DNA from: an uncultured Eubacteriales bacterium
GTDB taxonomy: Bacteria > Bacillota > Clostridia > Oscillospirales > CAG-272
Length of the DNA stretch: 64,000 nucleotides
NCBI GenBank assembly: GCA_910586545.1
Contig: CAJUIQ010000001.1
Span: 1,025 to 65,024 of the forward strand
Reading direction: 5' to 3'
Shown here: one piece after another, positions 44,921 through 59,319 of the stretch
Position numbering within the stretch: the stretch's first letter is position 1
Layout of the letters: every line of letters begins with the position of its first letter
Program-made: the position numbers and the translations under genes
The notes under the pieces: model-generated
Databases searched by the model: none
What the model was told of the DNA's origin: nothing
Seen by the model: the letters and a program-made list of their open reading frames with translations, nothing else

Positions 44921-47767
44921 TCAGTTTTCTATATTGGGCAACTTGCTCCGCAGGTACTGTCCGGTATAGGATCCCGCGCACTGGGCTACCTCCTCCGGAG
45001 TACCGCAGCAGACGATATTTCCGCCGCCGTCTCCCCCTTCCGGGCCCAAATCAATAATATAATCCGCTGTTTTGATAATATCCAGATTGTGCTCAATTAC
45101 CAGCACCGTATTGCCCGCATCCACCAACCGCTGGAGCACGCTGATCAACTTTTCCACATCGGCGGTGTGCAGACCGGTGGTAGGCTCGTCCAGCACATAT
45201 ATCGTGCGACCGGTGCTGCGTTTGGAAAGCTCAGCAGAAAGCTTAACTCGTTGAGCCTCGCCGCCGGACAAAGTAGTAGAGGACTGGCCGATTTTCACGT
45301 AGCCCAATCCCACATCACACAAAGTTTTCAGCCGACCGGAAATCCGGGGCAGATCCGCAAAAAACTGGGCCCCTTCTTCCGCCGTCATTTCCAGCACGTC
45401 GGCAATGCTTTTGCCCTTGTACTTAGCCTCTAAGGTTTCTTTATTATATCGCTTGCCGTGACATACATCGCAGGTGACGTATACGTCCGGCAAAAAATGC
45501 ATCTCAATTTTTTTGACCCCATCTCCCTCACACGCCTCACAGCGGCCGCCGCGCACGTTGAAGGAAAACCGACCTGCCTTATATCCCCGCAGATTGGCCG
45601 CCGGAGTTTTGGCAAACAACTCCCGTATATCGGTAAACAGTCCCGTATAAGTAGCAGGATTAGATCGGGGCGTGCGCCCGATGGGGCTTTGATCGATATC
45701 AATGACCTTGTCCAGCGCATCCATTCCTCGAATTTCCTTGTGCTTTCCAGGAACAGTATTCGCTCGGTTCAAACCGGCCGCTAAAGCACGGTACAAAATT
45801 GTGTTCACTAAGGAAGACTTTCCGCTACCGGATACGCCGGTTACACAAACAAAGCATCCCAGAGGAATATCTACTTTAATATTTTTTAGATTGTTTTCCT
45901 TGGCTCCTACGACAGTCAACTTTTTTCCGTTTCCCTTACGACGCTGCTCTGGCACGGCAATCGTACGCCGTCCGGACAAAAACGCGCCGGTAAGGGATTT
46001 TTTATCCGCCATAATCTGTTTAGGCGTTCCTGCGGCGACTACTTCGCCGCCGTGAATGCCCGCACCCGGGCCGATATCCAGAATATAATCCGCGTTCTCC
46101 ATGGTTTCCTCGTCATGCTCTACCACGATTACGCTGTTGCCGATATCCCGCAGCTGCTTCAGCGTTTGAATCAGCTTACTATTGTCCCGCTGGTGCAACC
46201 CAATGCTGGGCTCGTCCAGAATATACAGCACACCTGCCAGAGAGGAGCCTATTTGGGTAGCCAGACGAATCCGCTGCGCCTCGCCGCCGGACAGGGTGCC
46301 GCTGCGTCGAGACAGGGTGAGATAATCCAGTCCCACAGACTGGAGAAATCCCAACCGGCTTTTCAACTCCTTGACAATCTGCCGGGCAATCTGCTCTTCC
46401 ATTTCGGAAAACTGCAGTCCCATGGTAAAGGAAAGCGCATCGGTAACGGAAAGACGGCAGTACTGGTCAATATTCAGCCCGCCGATGGTAACAGCCAGGG
46501 CCTCCGGATTCAGCCGGCTTCCGTGGCAGGCAGGACAGTCCTGCTCTTCCATAAACTGCTCATAATATTCATTTTCCGCGCCGCCCTGCTCCATTCGGGC
46601 GCTAATGGTATGCAGAACGCCTTCATACTTCACCCGCTGCTGACGAGTATATCCGCCAAATCCACGGACAATGTCGTATGTCTCGTCTCCTGTTCCGTGA
46701 AGCAGCGCATGAAGGGCCTCATCGGTAAAGGTAGACAAGGGCTGGTCCATGCGAAATCCATGTCGCTTTCCCACCGCTTCTATCAGGGGACCGGTCCAGG
46801 TATCCGGGCCAAGAGATTTAAATCCGTTTACCGCAATGCCCCCATCCAACAGGGACAGCTCCCGGTTAGGGAGAATTTTAGGAATAGAGATGTTCCGGGT
46901 CACTCCGATGCCGGCACAGCTTTTACATGCACCAAAGGGATTGTTAAAGGAAAACATCCGCGGTTCCAATTCTCCAAAGCTGATACCGTGCTCTTCACAG
47001 GCATAGCTGGTGGAAAACTGTAGTTCCTCTTCCGCTTCTCCCTCTTTCCCTGGTAAAATCACCACGGCAAGAGAACCGCCGCTTTCCCGCAGGGCCGTCT
47101 CCACGCTGTCCGACAGACGGGTACGGATATCCGGCTTCATCACCAGGCGGTCTACTACAATTTCAATAGTATGCCGCTGATTTTTCTCCAGTTCAAAGTC
47201 TTCGGAAAGATCATAAATAATCCCGTCGCAACGTACTCTGGAAAAGCCGCTTCTCTTTGCGTCGTCCAGCAGCTTTTCATGGCGTCCCTTTTTCCCTCGG
47301 ACTACCGGAGAAAGGATCATAAACCGGCTTCCTTCCGGAATAGCCATGATTCGGTCCATGATCTGGTCTGTGGTCTGTTGGCGAATCTCCTTTCCACAGA
47401 CAGGGCAGTGTGGCACGCCCAGTCTGGCGTACAAAAGTCGGAGATAATCATAAATCTCCGTTACGGTGCCCACTGTGGAACGAGGATTTTTAGACGTGGT
47501 TTTCTGATCGATGGAGATAGCAGGGGAAAGGCCCTCTACAGAATCGATATCCGGCTTGTCCATCTGCCCCAGAAACATCCGGGCATAGGAGGACAAACTT
47601 TCTACAAACCGACGGTGTCCTTCCGCATAAATGGTATCAAAAGCAAGGGAGGATTTCCCCGATCCGGACAAGCCGGTAAGTACCACCAGCTTATCCCGAG
47701 GAATTTTCACATCGATATTTTTTAAATTATTAACGCGGGCGCCCCGCACGGTGAGATATTTTGGCAT
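44921..47767 (-). CDS. uvrA: excinuclease ABC subunit A
   Basis: Duplicated ABC modules ([25 protein letters not shown]), LSGGEAQR twice, and zinc-finger cysteines. The start is set at MPKYL (ATG after AAGGA); the track starts 9 nt upstream. Confidence 0.95.
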   Translation of the reverse strand: MPKYLTVRGARVNNLKNIDVKIPRDKLVVLTGLSGSGKSSLAFDTIYAEGHRRFVESLSSYARMFLGQMDKPDIDSVEGLSPAISIDQKTTSKNPRSTVGTVTEIYDYLRLLYARLGVPHCPVCGKEIRQQTTDQIMDRIMAIPEGSRFMILSPVVRGKKGRHEKLLDDAKRSGFSRVRCDGIIYDLSEDFELEKNQRHTIEIVVDRLVMKPDIRTRLSDSVETALRESGGSLAVVILPGKEGEAEEELQFSTSYACEEHGISFGELEPRMFSFNNPFGACKSCAGIGVTRNISIPKILPNRELSLLDGGIAVNGFKSLGPDTWTGPLIEAVGKRHGFRMDQPLSTFTDEALHALLHGTGDETYDIVRGFGGYTRQQRVKYEGVLHTISARMEQGGAENEYYEQFMEEQDCPACHGSRLNPEALAVTIGGLNIDQYCRLSVTDALSFTMGLQFSEMEEQIARQIVKELKSRLGFLQSVGLDYLTLSRRSGTLSGGEAQRIRLATQIGSSLAGVLYILDEPSIGLHQRDNSKLIQTLKQLRDIGNSVIVVEHDEETMENADYILDIGPGAGIHGGEVVAAGTPKQIMADKKSLTGAFLSGRRTIAVPEQRRKGNGKKLTVVGAKENNLKNIKVDIPLGCFVCVTGVSGSGKSSLVNTILYRALAAGLNRANTVPGKHKEIRGMDALDKVIDIDQSPIGRTPRSNPATYTGLFTDIRELFAKTPAANLRGYKAGRFSFNVRGGRCEACEGDGVKKIEMHFLPDVYVTCDVCHGKRYNKETLEAKYKGKSIADVLEMTAEEGAQFFADLPRISGRLKTLCDVGLGYVKIGQSSTTLSGGEAQRVKLSAELSKRSTGRTIYVLDEPTTGLHTADVEKLISVLQRLVDAGNTVLVIEHNLDIIKTADYIIDLGPEGGDGGGNIVCCGTPEEVAQCAGSYTGQYLRSKLPNIEN

Positions 47768-47856
47768 AACGATCATCCTTATTTATAAATGCTGGAAAAT
47801 AAGACAAAGGAAATTTTATAAAATTACACTGCAGCTTATTTACCTATTCTACGACG

Positions 47857-47882
47857 CAAAATATGACAACAGCATGTCATAT
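47857..47882 (-). terminator. weak terminator-like hairpin after the aconitase-family gene
   Basis: ATATGACA-ACAGCA-TGTCATAT forms an 8-bp stem. A TTTTG run follows on the minus strand. Confidence 0.4.
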
Positions 47883-47913
47883 TTATAGAAAAATGCCTGT
47901 TTCTTTTACGCCT

Positions 47914-50226
47914 TTATTTTCCTGCTTCTTCCCGTTCCTCTTTCGCTCTTCCGGTGAGGCTGCCAGCAAGAATAATCTTCCGTTCATCCTCGGTAAGGCT
48001 TCCCAGAGAGAAGGTATGTTTTGTAAGCATTTTATCCCCTGTATGGTACAGATATCCCTCAACCGTCTGCGCGCCGCCGGCCACAGCCGCACGAATGCCG
48101 GGCAGCACCAGCCAGTCGCCCTGGAGAATTTCGTCTTCCATGGTACCGCTGTTTTTACCCATAGCCATTTCAGGGCAGGTAAGGGGCAGCATACCCCAGT
48201 TGATCAAGTTGGAACGATACCGCTTGGTAGCATAGTCCCGGGCGATATTCGCTGCGCCGCCCAGTACACGCTGACAGGATGCGGCCTGTTCTCTCGCGCT
48301 TCCGTCTCCAGGACGGACTGCACATACCAAGCTGCCTATGCTGACGGAACCGGACAAAGTACCGCAAGCGGCGATGGCAGCCTCCATAGCAGCCTCTGCC
48401 TGCGCGTTCAGAAGGGCGGAATCATATGCTTCCCCAGCATACTTTTGGGCGATAGCATGAATCTCATCCGCACGGCCTACATACTCCGGATCCCGACGGG
48501 ACAGAGTCAGACGGGACAAGCGGAAGGGATTAGACCGATAGGAAGAGGACTCTCCAGAGGGAATCAGTTCGTCAGTGGTAGTCACTTCGTCGTCAATAAC
48601 GGAAGCTACGCCAAGCACCAGATTATCGCCCAGCGCCGGCATTTTAGGCCAATCCTTGATGTTCGGGCCAAATTTCAGTTCGGCATTCTTATCCGCTTTG
48701 CCGTAGCCAAACCATACGCGATTTTCGTAAATAGAAGCGTCAAATTTGTAATCCGGTGTCCGGTATTCCACATCCAGCTCATCTGCGGCGGTGAGTAGTC
48801 CTCCGGCTGCCGCGGTAGCCGCAATGGAGCGGGCGTCCATCAGTGCAACAGAAGCAAACTGGCCTTCACCCGGCTTGCTTCCTTCCCGGTTGGGGAAGTT
48901 TCTGGTAGAGTGGCGGATGCTTAGCCCTCCATTGGCCGGCACGTCTCCTGCGCCAAAGCAGGGTCCGCAGAAAGCGGTACGCAGGGTTGCTCCCGCACGC
49001 ATCAAATCAGAAGCGATTCCGGTATCCAACATCCGTACAAATGCCGGCTGGCTGGCGGGATACGCAGAAAGGGCAAAGCTGTCGGCTCCGATGGATGTGC
49101 CCCGGAGAATATCCGCGGCGGCGCACAGGTTGTCGTAGGTGCCGCCGGCACATCCGGCGATCACGCCCTGATCTACCCGCACGCGTCCTGTAGCGGGGTC
49201 CACCTTATCTGTGAGCTGCAGGGTTCCGGGAGCGAGGCCCAGCTGCTGTTCTCCCTTGATTTCCACCTGACGCAGAATATCGCCTGCGTTTTCATTCAGC
49301 TGACGCACGGTATAGGTATTGGAAGGATGGAAGGGCAGGGCGATCATCGGTTCTACCTTAGACAAATCTACCAGTACCGCTCCATCGTAATAAGCCATGT
49401 CCGCAGGAGCAAGCTGCCGGTACGCATCGGGTCTGCCGTGGATCTGGAAATACCGCTTTGTCTCGTCGTCCGTGGTCCAGATAGAAGACAGGCAAGTTGT
49501 CTCCGTAGTCATTACATCGATGCCGTTCCGAAATTCAATGGGAAGATTTGCAATGCCGTCTCCTACAAATTCCAGCACCTTGTTCTTTACAAATTTTTTC
49601 GAGAATACCGCGCCGATAATGGCCAGGGCCACGTCCTGGGGGCCGACGCCCGGACGGGGCGCACCGGTGAGGTGCACAGCGATGACCTCCGGCATATCCA
49701 CATCATAGGTACGGTTTAAAATCTGCTTCACCAACTCAGGGCCGCCCTCGCCGATAGCCATGGTACCCAGCGCGCCGTAGCGGGTGTGGCTGTCGCTGCC
49801 CAGAATCATTTTCCCACAGCCGCTCATCATCTCCCGCATAAAAGCGTGAATAACCGCCTGATGCGCGGGAACGTAAATCGCGCCGTATTTTTTTGCGGCG
49901 GACAAGCCGAACATATGGTCGTCCTCGTTGATGGTGCCTCCTACCGCACACAGACTGTTGTGGCAGTTGGTAAGCACATAAGGCAGTGGCAGCTCCTCCA
50001 GTCCGCCGGCACGGGCGGTCATCAAAATACCTACATATGTAATGTCGTGGGACGCCAGCGCGTCAAAGCGGATTTTAAGGTGCTTTTCATCTCCGCTCAC
50101 GTTGTGATCCTTCAAAATTGAATAGGCGATGGTTCCCTGTCGGGCCGCTGCCGGATCTCCTCCCTGGGCAACAAGCTCATTGCCTTTCAAAAATACGCCG
50201 TGTTCGATCAATTTTACCATTTGCAA
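47914..50226 (-). CDS. aconitase-family hydratase (putative aconitate hydratase)
   Basis: 770 aa with the GSDSHT motif, cluster-ligand cysteine regions (AGCAGG.., CGPCFG) and a swivel-domain-like C-terminus. Confidence 0.75.
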   Translation of the reverse strand: MQMVKLIEHGVFLKGNELVAQGGDPAAARQGTIAYSILKDHNVSGDEKHLKIRFDALASHDITYVGILMTARAGGLEELPLPYVLTNCHNSLCAVGGTINEDDHMFGLSAAKKYGAIYVPAHQAVIHAFMREMMSGCGKMILGSDSHTRYGALGTMAIGEGGPELVKQILNRTYDVDMPEVIAVHLTGAPRPGVGPQDVALAIIGAVFSKKFVKNKVLEFVGDGIANLPIEFRNGIDVMTTETTCLSSIWTTDDETKRYFQIHGRPDAYRQLAPADMAYYDGAVLVDLSKVEPMIALPFHPSNTYTVRQLNENAGDILRQVEIKGEQQLGLAPGTLQLTDKVDPATGRVRVDQGVIAGCAGGTYDNLCAAADILRGTSIGADSFALSAYPASQPAFVRMLDTGIASDLMRAGATLRTAFCGPCFGAGDVPANGGLSIRHSTRNFPNREGSKPGEGQFASVALMDARSIAATAAAGGLLTAADELDVEYRTPDYKFDASIYENRVWFGYGKADKNAELKFGPNIKDWPKMPALGDNLVLGVASVIDDEVTTTDELIPSGESSSYRSNPFRLSRLTLSRRDPEYVGRADEIHAIAQKYAGEAYDSALLNAQAEAAMEAAIAACGTLSGSVSIGSLVCAVRPGDGSAREQAASCQRVLGGAANIARDYATKRYRSNLINWGMLPLTCPEMAMGKNSGTMEDEILQGDWLVLPGIRAAVAGGAQTVEGYLYHTGDKMLTKHTFSLGSLTEDERKIILAGSLTGRAKEEREEAGK

Positions 50227-50398
50227 TCCTCCAACTATGCCGCGGGATGCGGCAGAATACTATCATAAAGCGAATACTATCATTATATACTATAAGCAGT
50301 GAAAAATCAACGGTCTGCCCCGACAAAATTCCACCATGTCAAAACCTGCCAATTTATTTGGAAGAATCCACAAATCTGAAAAAAAGACTGGAAGATTG

Positions 50399-50427
50399 TA
50401 GACAAAGGATGCGAAAGATGGTATACT
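50399..50427 (+). promoter_or_regulatory. promoter with extended -10 upstream of the GS-like gene
   Basis: TAGACA, a 17-nt spacer, then TATACT preceded by TGG (TGnTATACT). Confidence 0.5.
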
Positions 50428-50437
50428 ATATATTGTG

Positions 50438-50472
50438 AACAAACGCAGACGCGTTTGTTTTTATGGTTTTTA
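50438..50472 (+). promoter_or_regulatory. perfect 9-bp inverted repeat with T-rich tail in the leader (operator or attenuator hairpin)
   Basis: AACAAACGC-AGAC-GCGTTTGTT followed by TTTATGGTTTTT. It starts about 10 nt after the -10 element. Confidence 0.4.
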
Positions 50473-50518
50473 AAATAAATGAAAAACCGATCCCGGGGCA
50501 GGGAAAGGAAGCAATTCC

Positions 50519-53295
<2,777 letters not shown>

Positions 53296-53324
53296 AAAAA
53301 GCCCCCTCACACGAGGGGGCTTTT
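53296..53324. terminator. bidirectional Rho-independent terminator
   Basis: AAAAAGCCCCCTC-ACAC-GAGGGGGCTTTT lies between convergent pyrG and the ClpP-family gene. Confidence 0.85.
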
Positions 53325-53358
53325 ACAAACTGCCCGCTATAGATAAAGTTCGCCTTTT

Positions 53359-54150
53359 TTACTCCGGTTTTTCTGCCGCGCCGCTCTCTTCTTGCTTTGC
53401 TTTTATTTGTCTGCGCAGCTCTTCCAGAGCGTCTGCCAAAGATCCTGCTCCGTCTATCAGACCGATTTCTACCGCTTCTCGCCCGTCTATGAGAGACCCC
53501 ACATCCGTTGCAATCTGATCGGTACGCATCAAAAGCTCGCGGAATTTTTCTTCGCTCACCTGGGAATGCTCTGTAATAAATCGAACGATACGATCCTGCA
53601 TACGTTCAAAATAATAATATGTCTGGGGAACGCCCACAACAGTACCGCTCATACGCACCGGATGAATGGTCATGGTAGCAGACGGCACAATAAACGATTT
53701 TTTAGCGCAAACGGCCAGCGGCACGCCAATGGAGTGACCGCCGCCCAATACCAGCGATACGGTAGGCTTGGTCATCCCCGCAACCATCTCCGCGATGGCC
53801 AGACCCGCTTCCACATCGCCGCCCATAGTGTTCAGCACCAGCAGCAATCCGTCAATCTCATCCGACTGCTCAATGGACACCAGTAAGGGAATGATATGCT
53901 CATACTTGGTGGCCTTTTGTCCCTCTCCCAAAATAAAGTGACCTTCCACCTGGCCGATAATCGTGAGGCAGTGTATGGTTTCCCCATCTTTTTTGGAAAT
54001 CACACTGCCGCTTTTCATAATAAAATCAAGCTGCTCATTTTCCGCACTGCCAGCGCTGTCTCCGCCGGCGCTGTTCTCCAGATCCTCACTATTGTCTGCG
54101 CTATTTTCCTGGAGCTTGCTCATATTCTCTATATTCATGGTACTCTCCAT
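53359..54150 (-). CDS. ClpP-family protein (TepA-like translocation-enhancing protease)
   Basis: LTIIGQVEGH, LLVLNTMGGDVEAGLAI and LGGGHSIG match the ClpP/crotonase-like fold. The start is uncertain (ATG 54150 or 54138; the track ORF extends to 54243). Confidence 0.75.
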   Translation of the reverse strand: MESTMNIENMSKLQENSADNSEDLENSAGGDSAGSAENEQLDFIMKSGSVISKKDGETIHCLTIIGQVEGHFILGEGQKATKYEHIIPLLVSIEQSDEIDGLLLVLNTMGGDVEAGLAIAEMVAGMTKPTVSLVLGGGHSIGVPLAVCAKKSFIVPSATMTIHPVRMSGTVVGVPQTYYYFERMQDRIVRFITEHSQVSEEKFRELLMRTDQIATDVGSLIDGREAVEIGLIDGAGSLADALEELRRQIKAKQEESGAAEKPE

Positions 54151-54302
54151 TCCGCCGCCCTTTTGCGACACAAATAATGAAATTCGACTGTGTTTTTTAT
54201 TGTGCGCGAATTTGGAAATTTCTATACCTGCAGCCGTTGACAAAAAAACATCTTGTGCTATGATAAAATCAAAAAGTAAATCTATACGGAGAATATGCTG
54301 CC

Positions 54303-54998
54303 ATGAATTTACAAGAAATACTCAAACGGGTGGATCACACCCAGCTATCGCCGACCGCCGTGTGGGCGGATATCCAAAAAGTGTGTGACGAAGGAATTCT
54401 GTTCGGCACCGCTTCCGTCTGCATTCCCCCCTCCTTTGTAAAAAAGGCCGCCGCATATGCGGCTGGAGGAGTTCCCATCTGTACGGTAATCGGATTTCCA
54501 AATGGATATGCCACAACAGAGTCGAAATGTTTTGAGGCTACGCAGGTCGTGAAAGCAGGTGCGGCAGAAATCGACATGGTGGTCAATCTAGGTTGGGTAC
54601 GGGACGGCGATGACGACGCGGTGCTTCGAGAAATCAACGCGGTAAAAGACGCCTGCGCGGGCCGTCTGCTGAAGGTGATTATTGAAACCTGCCTTTTGAC
54701 TACGGAAGAAAAAATCCGCATGTGCGCGGTGGTGTCCGCCTCCGGGGCGGACTTTATCAAAACTTCTACGGGATTTTCTACCGGCGGCGCCACCCGGGAA
54801 GATATTATTCTGATGAAACAGCATATGAAAAATGGCAAACAAATTAAAGCAGCCGGCGGAATCAGCGGGCCTGCCGACGCGGCGGAGATGATCCGTTTGG
54901 GGGCAGACCGAATCGGTACCAGCCGGGTGATTGCCGCGCTGATACAGGCCCAGCAGAAAGGAGTAACGAATGAAACAATATTCAACACCACATATTGA
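54303..54998 (+). CDS. deoC: deoxyribose-phosphate aldolase
   Basis: VDHTQLSP, VCIPPSFV, EIDMVVN and FIKTSTGF (Schiff-base lysine). Confidence 0.92.
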   Translation: MNLQEILKRVDHTQLSPTAVWADIQKVCDEGILFGTASVCIPPSFVKKAAAYAAGGVPICTVIGFPNGYATTESKCFEATQVVKAGAAEIDMVVNLGWVRDGDDDAVLREINAVKDACAGRLLKVIIETCLLTTEEKIRMCAVVSASGADFIKTSTGFSTGGATREDIILMKQHMKNGKQIKAAGGISGPADAAEMIRLGADRIGTSRVIAALIQAQQKGVTNETIFNTTY

Positions 54999-55689
54999 CG
55001 CGGCGCCGGAGGATTTCGCTCCGGTTGTATTGATGCCGGGGGATCCTCTGCGGGCAAAATATATCGCGGAAAATTTTTTGACAGACCCTCTTCTTATTAA
55101 CGATGTCCGGGGCGTGCAGGGCTATACCGGCTCCTACCAGGGCCGTCCCATATCCGTAATGGCCAGCGGAATGGGCATGCCCTCCATGGGCATTTACAGC
55201 TATGAGCTGTTCAACTTTTTCGGGGTGGAAGCTATCATTCGCGTAGGCTCCGCCGGCGCCATGCAGGAAAGCGTCCGGCTGCGGGATATCGTTATTGGCC
55301 AGGGCGCCTGTACAGATTCCGCCTTCTCCCACACCTTCCAGCTGCCGGGGACCTTTGCGCCCCTGGCCAGCTACCGTCTGCTGGAGCATTGCGTGGATGC
55401 GGCAAAGGCGGCGGGACTGCCCTATCATGTGGGCAATCTTCTTTCCAGCGACATTTTTTATCATGACGATCCGGATTCTACGGCACACTGGAGCAAAATG
55501 GGTGTGCTTGCAGTGGAAATGGAAGCGGCGGCGTTATATATGAACGCCGCCAGAGCGGGTAAACATGGACTGGCGCTGTGCACCGTATCCGACCATTTGC
55601 TTACAGGGGAAGCTACCACGGCGAAAGAGCGGCAAACCTCCTTTACAGATATGATACGTCTTGCCTTAGACACCGCGGCAAGGATATAA
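54970..55689 (+). CDS. deoD: purine nucleoside phosphorylase, DeoD type
   Basis: STPHIDA, VLMPGDPLRAKYIAE, GYTGSYQGRPISVMASGMGMPS and AVEMEAAALY. Confidence 0.93.
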   Translation: MKQYSTPHIDAAPEDFAPVVLMPGDPLRAKYIAENFLTDPLLINDVRGVQGYTGSYQGRPISVMASGMGMPSMGIYSYELFNFFGVEAIIRVGSAGAMQESVRLRDIVIGQGACTDSAFSHTFQLPGTFAPLASYRLLEHCVDAAKAAGLPYHVGNLLSSDIFYHDDPDSTAHWSKMGVLAVEMEAAALYMNAARAGKHGLALCTVSDHLLTGEATTAKERQTSFTDMIRLALDTAARI

Positions 55690-55769
55690 AAGTCTTTTTG
55701 AAAATCTTTTCATACCCACAGAAAAGCGGGAAATAATAAAATTATTACAATATCCGAAAGGAGCCCGCT

Positions 55770-56012
55770 ATGGAAAAAGGTAAAAAGAAAACGAAGCCCA
55801 TTGAAAACGAAGAAAATTTGGTAAACGGTCTGGAGGATTTCACCGGGCCGGACGAGCCGAACGGTCCTGCGTCGGCCCAAATTTATCCCTCCAACGAAAT
55901 GGAGGACGGACTGCGGCCCCGGATGACGACAGCCGACCTTGCAGGGGAGGAATATTCCCGTTATCCGGCAAAAAATACCCAGGACGGAGGAAAATTCCCC
56001 GTAGGGGAATAG
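55770..56012 (+). CDS. small hydrophilic hypothetical protein
   Basis: 80 aa, with an AAAGGAG RBS 6 nt upstream and a terminator hairpin directly after the stop. The competing minus-strand ORF 55710..56096 lacks such signals. Confidence 0.45.
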   Translation: MEKGKKKTKPIENEENLVNGLEDFTGPDEPNGPASAQIYPSNEMEDGLRPRMTTADLAGEEYSRYPAKNTQDGGKFPVGE

Positions 56013-56013
56013 G

Positions 56014-56046
56014 AAAAGGAAGGGGAATTTCCCTTCCTTTTTTTGA
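56014..56046 (+). terminator. Rho-independent terminator
   Basis: GGAAGGGG-AATT-TCCCTTCC followed by TTTTTTT. Confidence 0.7.
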
Positions 56047-56113
56047 ACCCATCCTTCTTCCAAATTGAATCGCCCCGCGATCCGGGAAATCCACAAAAGT
56101 CACATGCTATCTG

Positions 56114-56142
56114 TTGACAAAAATCCCCTGTAGCCTTATAAT
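56114..56142 (+). promoter_or_regulatory. consensus sigma-A promoter of parAB
   Basis: TTGACA (56114..56119), a 17-nt spacer, then TATAAT (56137..56142). Confidence 0.7.
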
Positions 56143-56175
56143 ATAAGGTATGAATTTATATACGGAGGATGTGTA

Positions 56176-56946
56176 GTGGGCGAACCTGTTATTATCTCAT
56201 TTGCAAATCAAAAGGGCGGCGTGGGCAAAACCACTTCCGCTGTGAATATAGCCGCCTGCGTCGCAAGCCTCGGTTTTCGTGTGCTCCTTGCAGATCTGGA
56301 TCCGCAGGGAAACGCAACCAGCGGCGTTGGCCAAAATAAAAAATCCCTGCGCTACTCTATGTATGATGCTCTGCTGGGCGGCTGCGCCCCGGCAGCAGCC
56401 GTCGTGCCTACCCGATTCGACGGGCTTTGGCTTCTTCCTGCAACCATGGATCTGGCGGGAGCGGAAATTGAACTGCTGGACCGGGAAAAACGAGAGTACT
56501 CCCTACGCAGCGTTCTCTCCACCGTTGGAGAGGATTTCGACTTTGTTTTTACCGATTGCCCTCCCTCTCTGGGCATGCTTACCGTAAACGCTCTGTCCTG
56601 CTCTCATGGCGTGGTGATTCCCATGCAATGCGAATACTATTCGCTGGAAGGCCTTTCCCAGCTGATGATTTCCATTAAAAAGGTGAAGCAGTTGTACAAT
56701 CCCGCTCTTTCCATCACCGGCATCCTTATCACCATGTACAACGGGCGGCTGAATCTTTCCACCCAGGTATTGGCGGAGCTGAAGCGTTACTACGCGGACA
56801 AGCTGTTTAAAACCCCCGTGGTGCGCAACGTCAAGCTCTCTGAAGCGCCTAGCTTTGGTCAGCCTATTTTTTATCATGACAAATATTCCAAGGGTTCTTT
56901 GGCCTATATGGAAATCGCCAAGGAACTCGTCGGGCGCGTTTTATAA
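56176..56946 (+). CDS. parA: chromosome partitioning ATPase ParA/Soj
   Basis: Deviant Walker A FANQKGGVGKTT, plus DCPPSLG. GTG start 6 nt after GGAGGA. Confidence 0.92.
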   Translation: MGEPVIISFANQKGGVGKTTSAVNIAACVASLGFRVLLADLDPQGNATSGVGQNKKSLRYSMYDALLGGCAPAAAVVPTRFDGLWLLPATMDLAGAEIELLDREKREYSLRSVLSTVGEDFDFVFTDCPPSLGMLTVNALSCSHGVVIPMQCEYYSLEGLSQLMISIKKVKQLYNPALSITGILITMYNGRLNLSTQVLAELKRYYADKLFKTPVVRNVKLSEAPSFGQPIFYHDKYSKGSLAYMEIAKELVGRVL

Positions 56947-57025
56947 AAACTACGCCTCATTCACATAAGCGTGATGTTTCCCCCACGAACGATGCCGCCG
57001 GCCGGCGGCAGAATGGAGTAAAGAT

Positions 57026-57895
57026 ATGGCAAAAAAACCTGCCCTCGGCAGAGGACTTGATATGATCTTTTCCGATAACACCCCCGCTCCCTCTCAAGAC
57101 AGCGTCGTGGCGCTGCGCCTTTCCCAGGTGGAGCCTAAAAGCGATCAGCCAAGACAACATTTTGACCCCCAGGCGCTTTCCCAGCTAGCTGATTCTATCG
57201 CGGCAAACGGGGTGCTCCAGCCGATTTTGGTACGGGAAGGACAAAATGGTCTGTATCAGATTATCGCAGGAGAACGACGGTGGCGAGCGTCTAAGCTAGC
57301 AGGGCTGACGGAAATCCCCGCCCTGATTTTAGAGGCGGATGATTTGCGTACCGCCCAACTGGCGCTGATCGAAAACCTGCAGCGAGAAGATTTAAATCCT
57401 TATGAAGAAGCACAGGCATATCAAACGCTGTTGGCCCAGTTTGAGCTTACCCAAGAAGAGGTGGCCGGGCGGCTTGGAAAATCTCGCAGCGCCATTGCAA
57501 ACTCCCTGCGCCTCCTGGATCTGCCGGAATGTATTTCCGCCATGCTTCAGGACGGAAGGCTGACCGCCGGACACTGCCGCGCACTTCTGGGACTCCGGGA
57601 CAAAACGGGCATTGAAGCCCTGGCGCAGCGGGTTGTGGCACGTAATTTGTCTGTGCGGGAAACGGAGGCAGCGGTAAAATCTCAAAACAAACGACCCTCC
57701 CCACAAAAAAAAGAAGAGGGCGTACAGGTAAACTATGTTTCGGATCTGGAACATAAGGTCACCGGACTTACCGGCCGCTGGTGCCGTATTTCGCCAAAAG
57801 GCGCCAGAAAAACCATTTCTATTGAATATGCCGACGAAAACGATTTGGAATCCCTTTTGGAAATCGTATGCGGTAAGAAAATTACGGAAGAATAA
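57026..57895 (+). CDS. parB: chromosome partitioning protein ParB/Spo0J
   Basis: LGRGLD, QPILVR, IIAGERRWRA and an HTH segment (QEEVAGRLGKSRSAIANSLRLL). Confidence 0.92.
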   Translation: MAKKPALGRGLDMIFSDNTPAPSQDSVVALRLSQVEPKSDQPRQHFDPQALSQLADSIAANGVLQPILVREGQNGLYQIIAGERRWRASKLAGLTEIPALILEADDLRTAQLALIENLQREDLNPYEEAQAYQTLLAQFELTQEEVAGRLGKSRSAIANSLRLLDLPECISAMLQDGRLTAGHCRALLGLRDKTGIEALAQRVVARNLSVRETEAAVKSQNKRPSPQKKEEGVQVNYVSDLEHKVTGLTGRWCRISPKGARKTISIEYADENDLESLLEIVCGKKITEE

Positions 57896-57922
57896 ACATA
57901 TACTGAATGAGGAGTTACACCT

Positions 57923-59209
57923 ATGCTTGACGTAAAATTGATCCGGGAAAACCCGGAAGATGTGATCCGCCGCCTGGCAGCCAAAGGAACAGACGCCGGA
58001 GAAGATATTGCCCGAATCCTGGAGCTGGACGCCCTTCGCCGAGAGATTATCGGAGGCAATGAAGCAAAAAAAGCAGAACAAAACCGGGTATCCAAACAGA
58101 TTCCCCAAATGAAAAAGGAAGGAAAGGATCCTTCTGCTGTTTTTGCCGCCATGAAGGAGTTGTCCGCTCAGATCAAGGAGGGCGATGAAAAGCTGGCGCA
58201 GGTAGAAACGGAATATAATACCCTTCTGTTGGGTCTGCCCAATCTGCCGGATCCGGACCTGGCCCCCGGCGGCAAAGAAAACAATGAACCGATCCGCTAT
58301 TTTGGTGATCCACACTCCTTTGACTTTGAGCCGAAAAACCATGTGGATTTGTGTACCGATCTGGGATTGATTGACTACAAACGGGGCACAAAACTTTCCG
58401 GTAACGGATTCTGGATTTATCGGGGTATGGGCGCACGGCTGGAATGGGCGTTGCTGAACTATTTTATCGACACCCATCTTGCAGACGGATATGAGCTGGT
58501 TTTGGTTCCCCATATGCTGGGATACGAATGCGGGCTGACCGCCGGTCAGTTTCCAAAATTTAAAGACGAGGTATACTGGCTGGAAACGGCGGAGGATGAG
58601 CGGCGGCGCTTTATGCTGCCTACCGCCGAGACTGCTCTGGTTTCTCTCCACCGGGACGAGATTCTCACAGAAGCGGACCTTCCCAGAAAATACATTTCCT
58701 ACACTCCCTGCTTCCGCAGAGAGGCAGGCTCCTATCGGACAGACGAACGGGGCATGGTACGCGGTCACCAGTTCAACAAGGTAGAAATGGTGCAGTACAC
58801 CCGGCCGGAGGATTCCGACGCAGCCTTTGAAGAGCTGGTAGGAAAAGCAGAAGCGCTGGTAAAGGGACTGGGATTCCACTTCCGTACCGTAAAGCTGGCT
58901 GCCGCAGACTGCTCTGCGTCTATGGCTCGAACATATGATATTGAAATCCATATTCCTTCCATGGATGGATACAAAGAAGTTTCTTCTGTCTCCAATGCTA
59001 GAGATTATCAGGCCCGCCGGGGAAGCATCCGATTTAAGCGGGACGGTGGCGGCGCTACGGAATTTGTCCACACCCTGAACGGATCCGGACTGGCCACCAG
59101 CCGCATTCTGCCTGCTATTGTGGAACAAAACCAGAACGCGGACGGCAGTGTGACTGTTCCTCCGGTACTGCGCAAATATCTTGGCGTAGACGTTTTGAAA
59201 AAGAATTGA
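57923..59209 (+). CDS. serS: seryl-tRNA synthetase
   Basis: MLDVKLIRENPEDV, an N-terminal coiled-coil arm and class II motifs (FRREAGS, GSGLATSR). Confidence 0.95.
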   Translation: MLDVKLIRENPEDVIRRLAAKGTDAGEDIARILELDALRREIIGGNEAKKAEQNRVSKQIPQMKKEGKDPSAVFAAMKELSAQIKEGDEKLAQVETEYNTLLLGLPNLPDPDLAPGGKENNEPIRYFGDPHSFDFEPKNHVDLCTDLGLIDYKRGTKLSGNGFWIYRGMGARLEWALLNYFIDTHLADGYELVLVPHMLGYECGLTAGQFPKFKDEVYWLETAEDERRRFMLPTAETALVSLHRDEILTEADLPRKYISYTPCFRREAGSYRTDERGMVRGHQFNKVEMVQYTRPEDSDAAFEELVGKAEALVKGLGFHFRTVKLAAADCSASMARTYDIEIHIPSMDGYKEVSSVSNARDYQARRGSIRFKRDGGGATEFVHTLNGSGLATSRILPAIVEQNQNADGSVTVPPVLRKYLGVDVLKKN

Positions 59210-59319
59210 TTTTGTCTGACAGCACCCCTCTTCTGACGAAGAAGGCAGCTGTGACAATAGGCTCTTATATAAAGTCGGCCTTCCCCATATGTTCATCCCA
59301 ATTATAAGGAGGGTTTCCT

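Noticed and set aside
56947-57895. parS site (TGTTNCACGTGAAACA) in or near parB
   Set aside because: I looked for CACGTG-centred palindromes in and around parAB and found none. The only CACGTG-like strings in the window are inside unrelated CDSs.
57392-59296. 634-aa ORF on the minus strand
   Set aside because: It is antisense to parB and serS, both of which have unambiguous motifs. It has no RBS or recognisable domains. The same reasoning applies to 40173..41201, 43741..44718, 46052..47023, 47863..48798, 51640..52632, 29845..30744 and 28391..28954.
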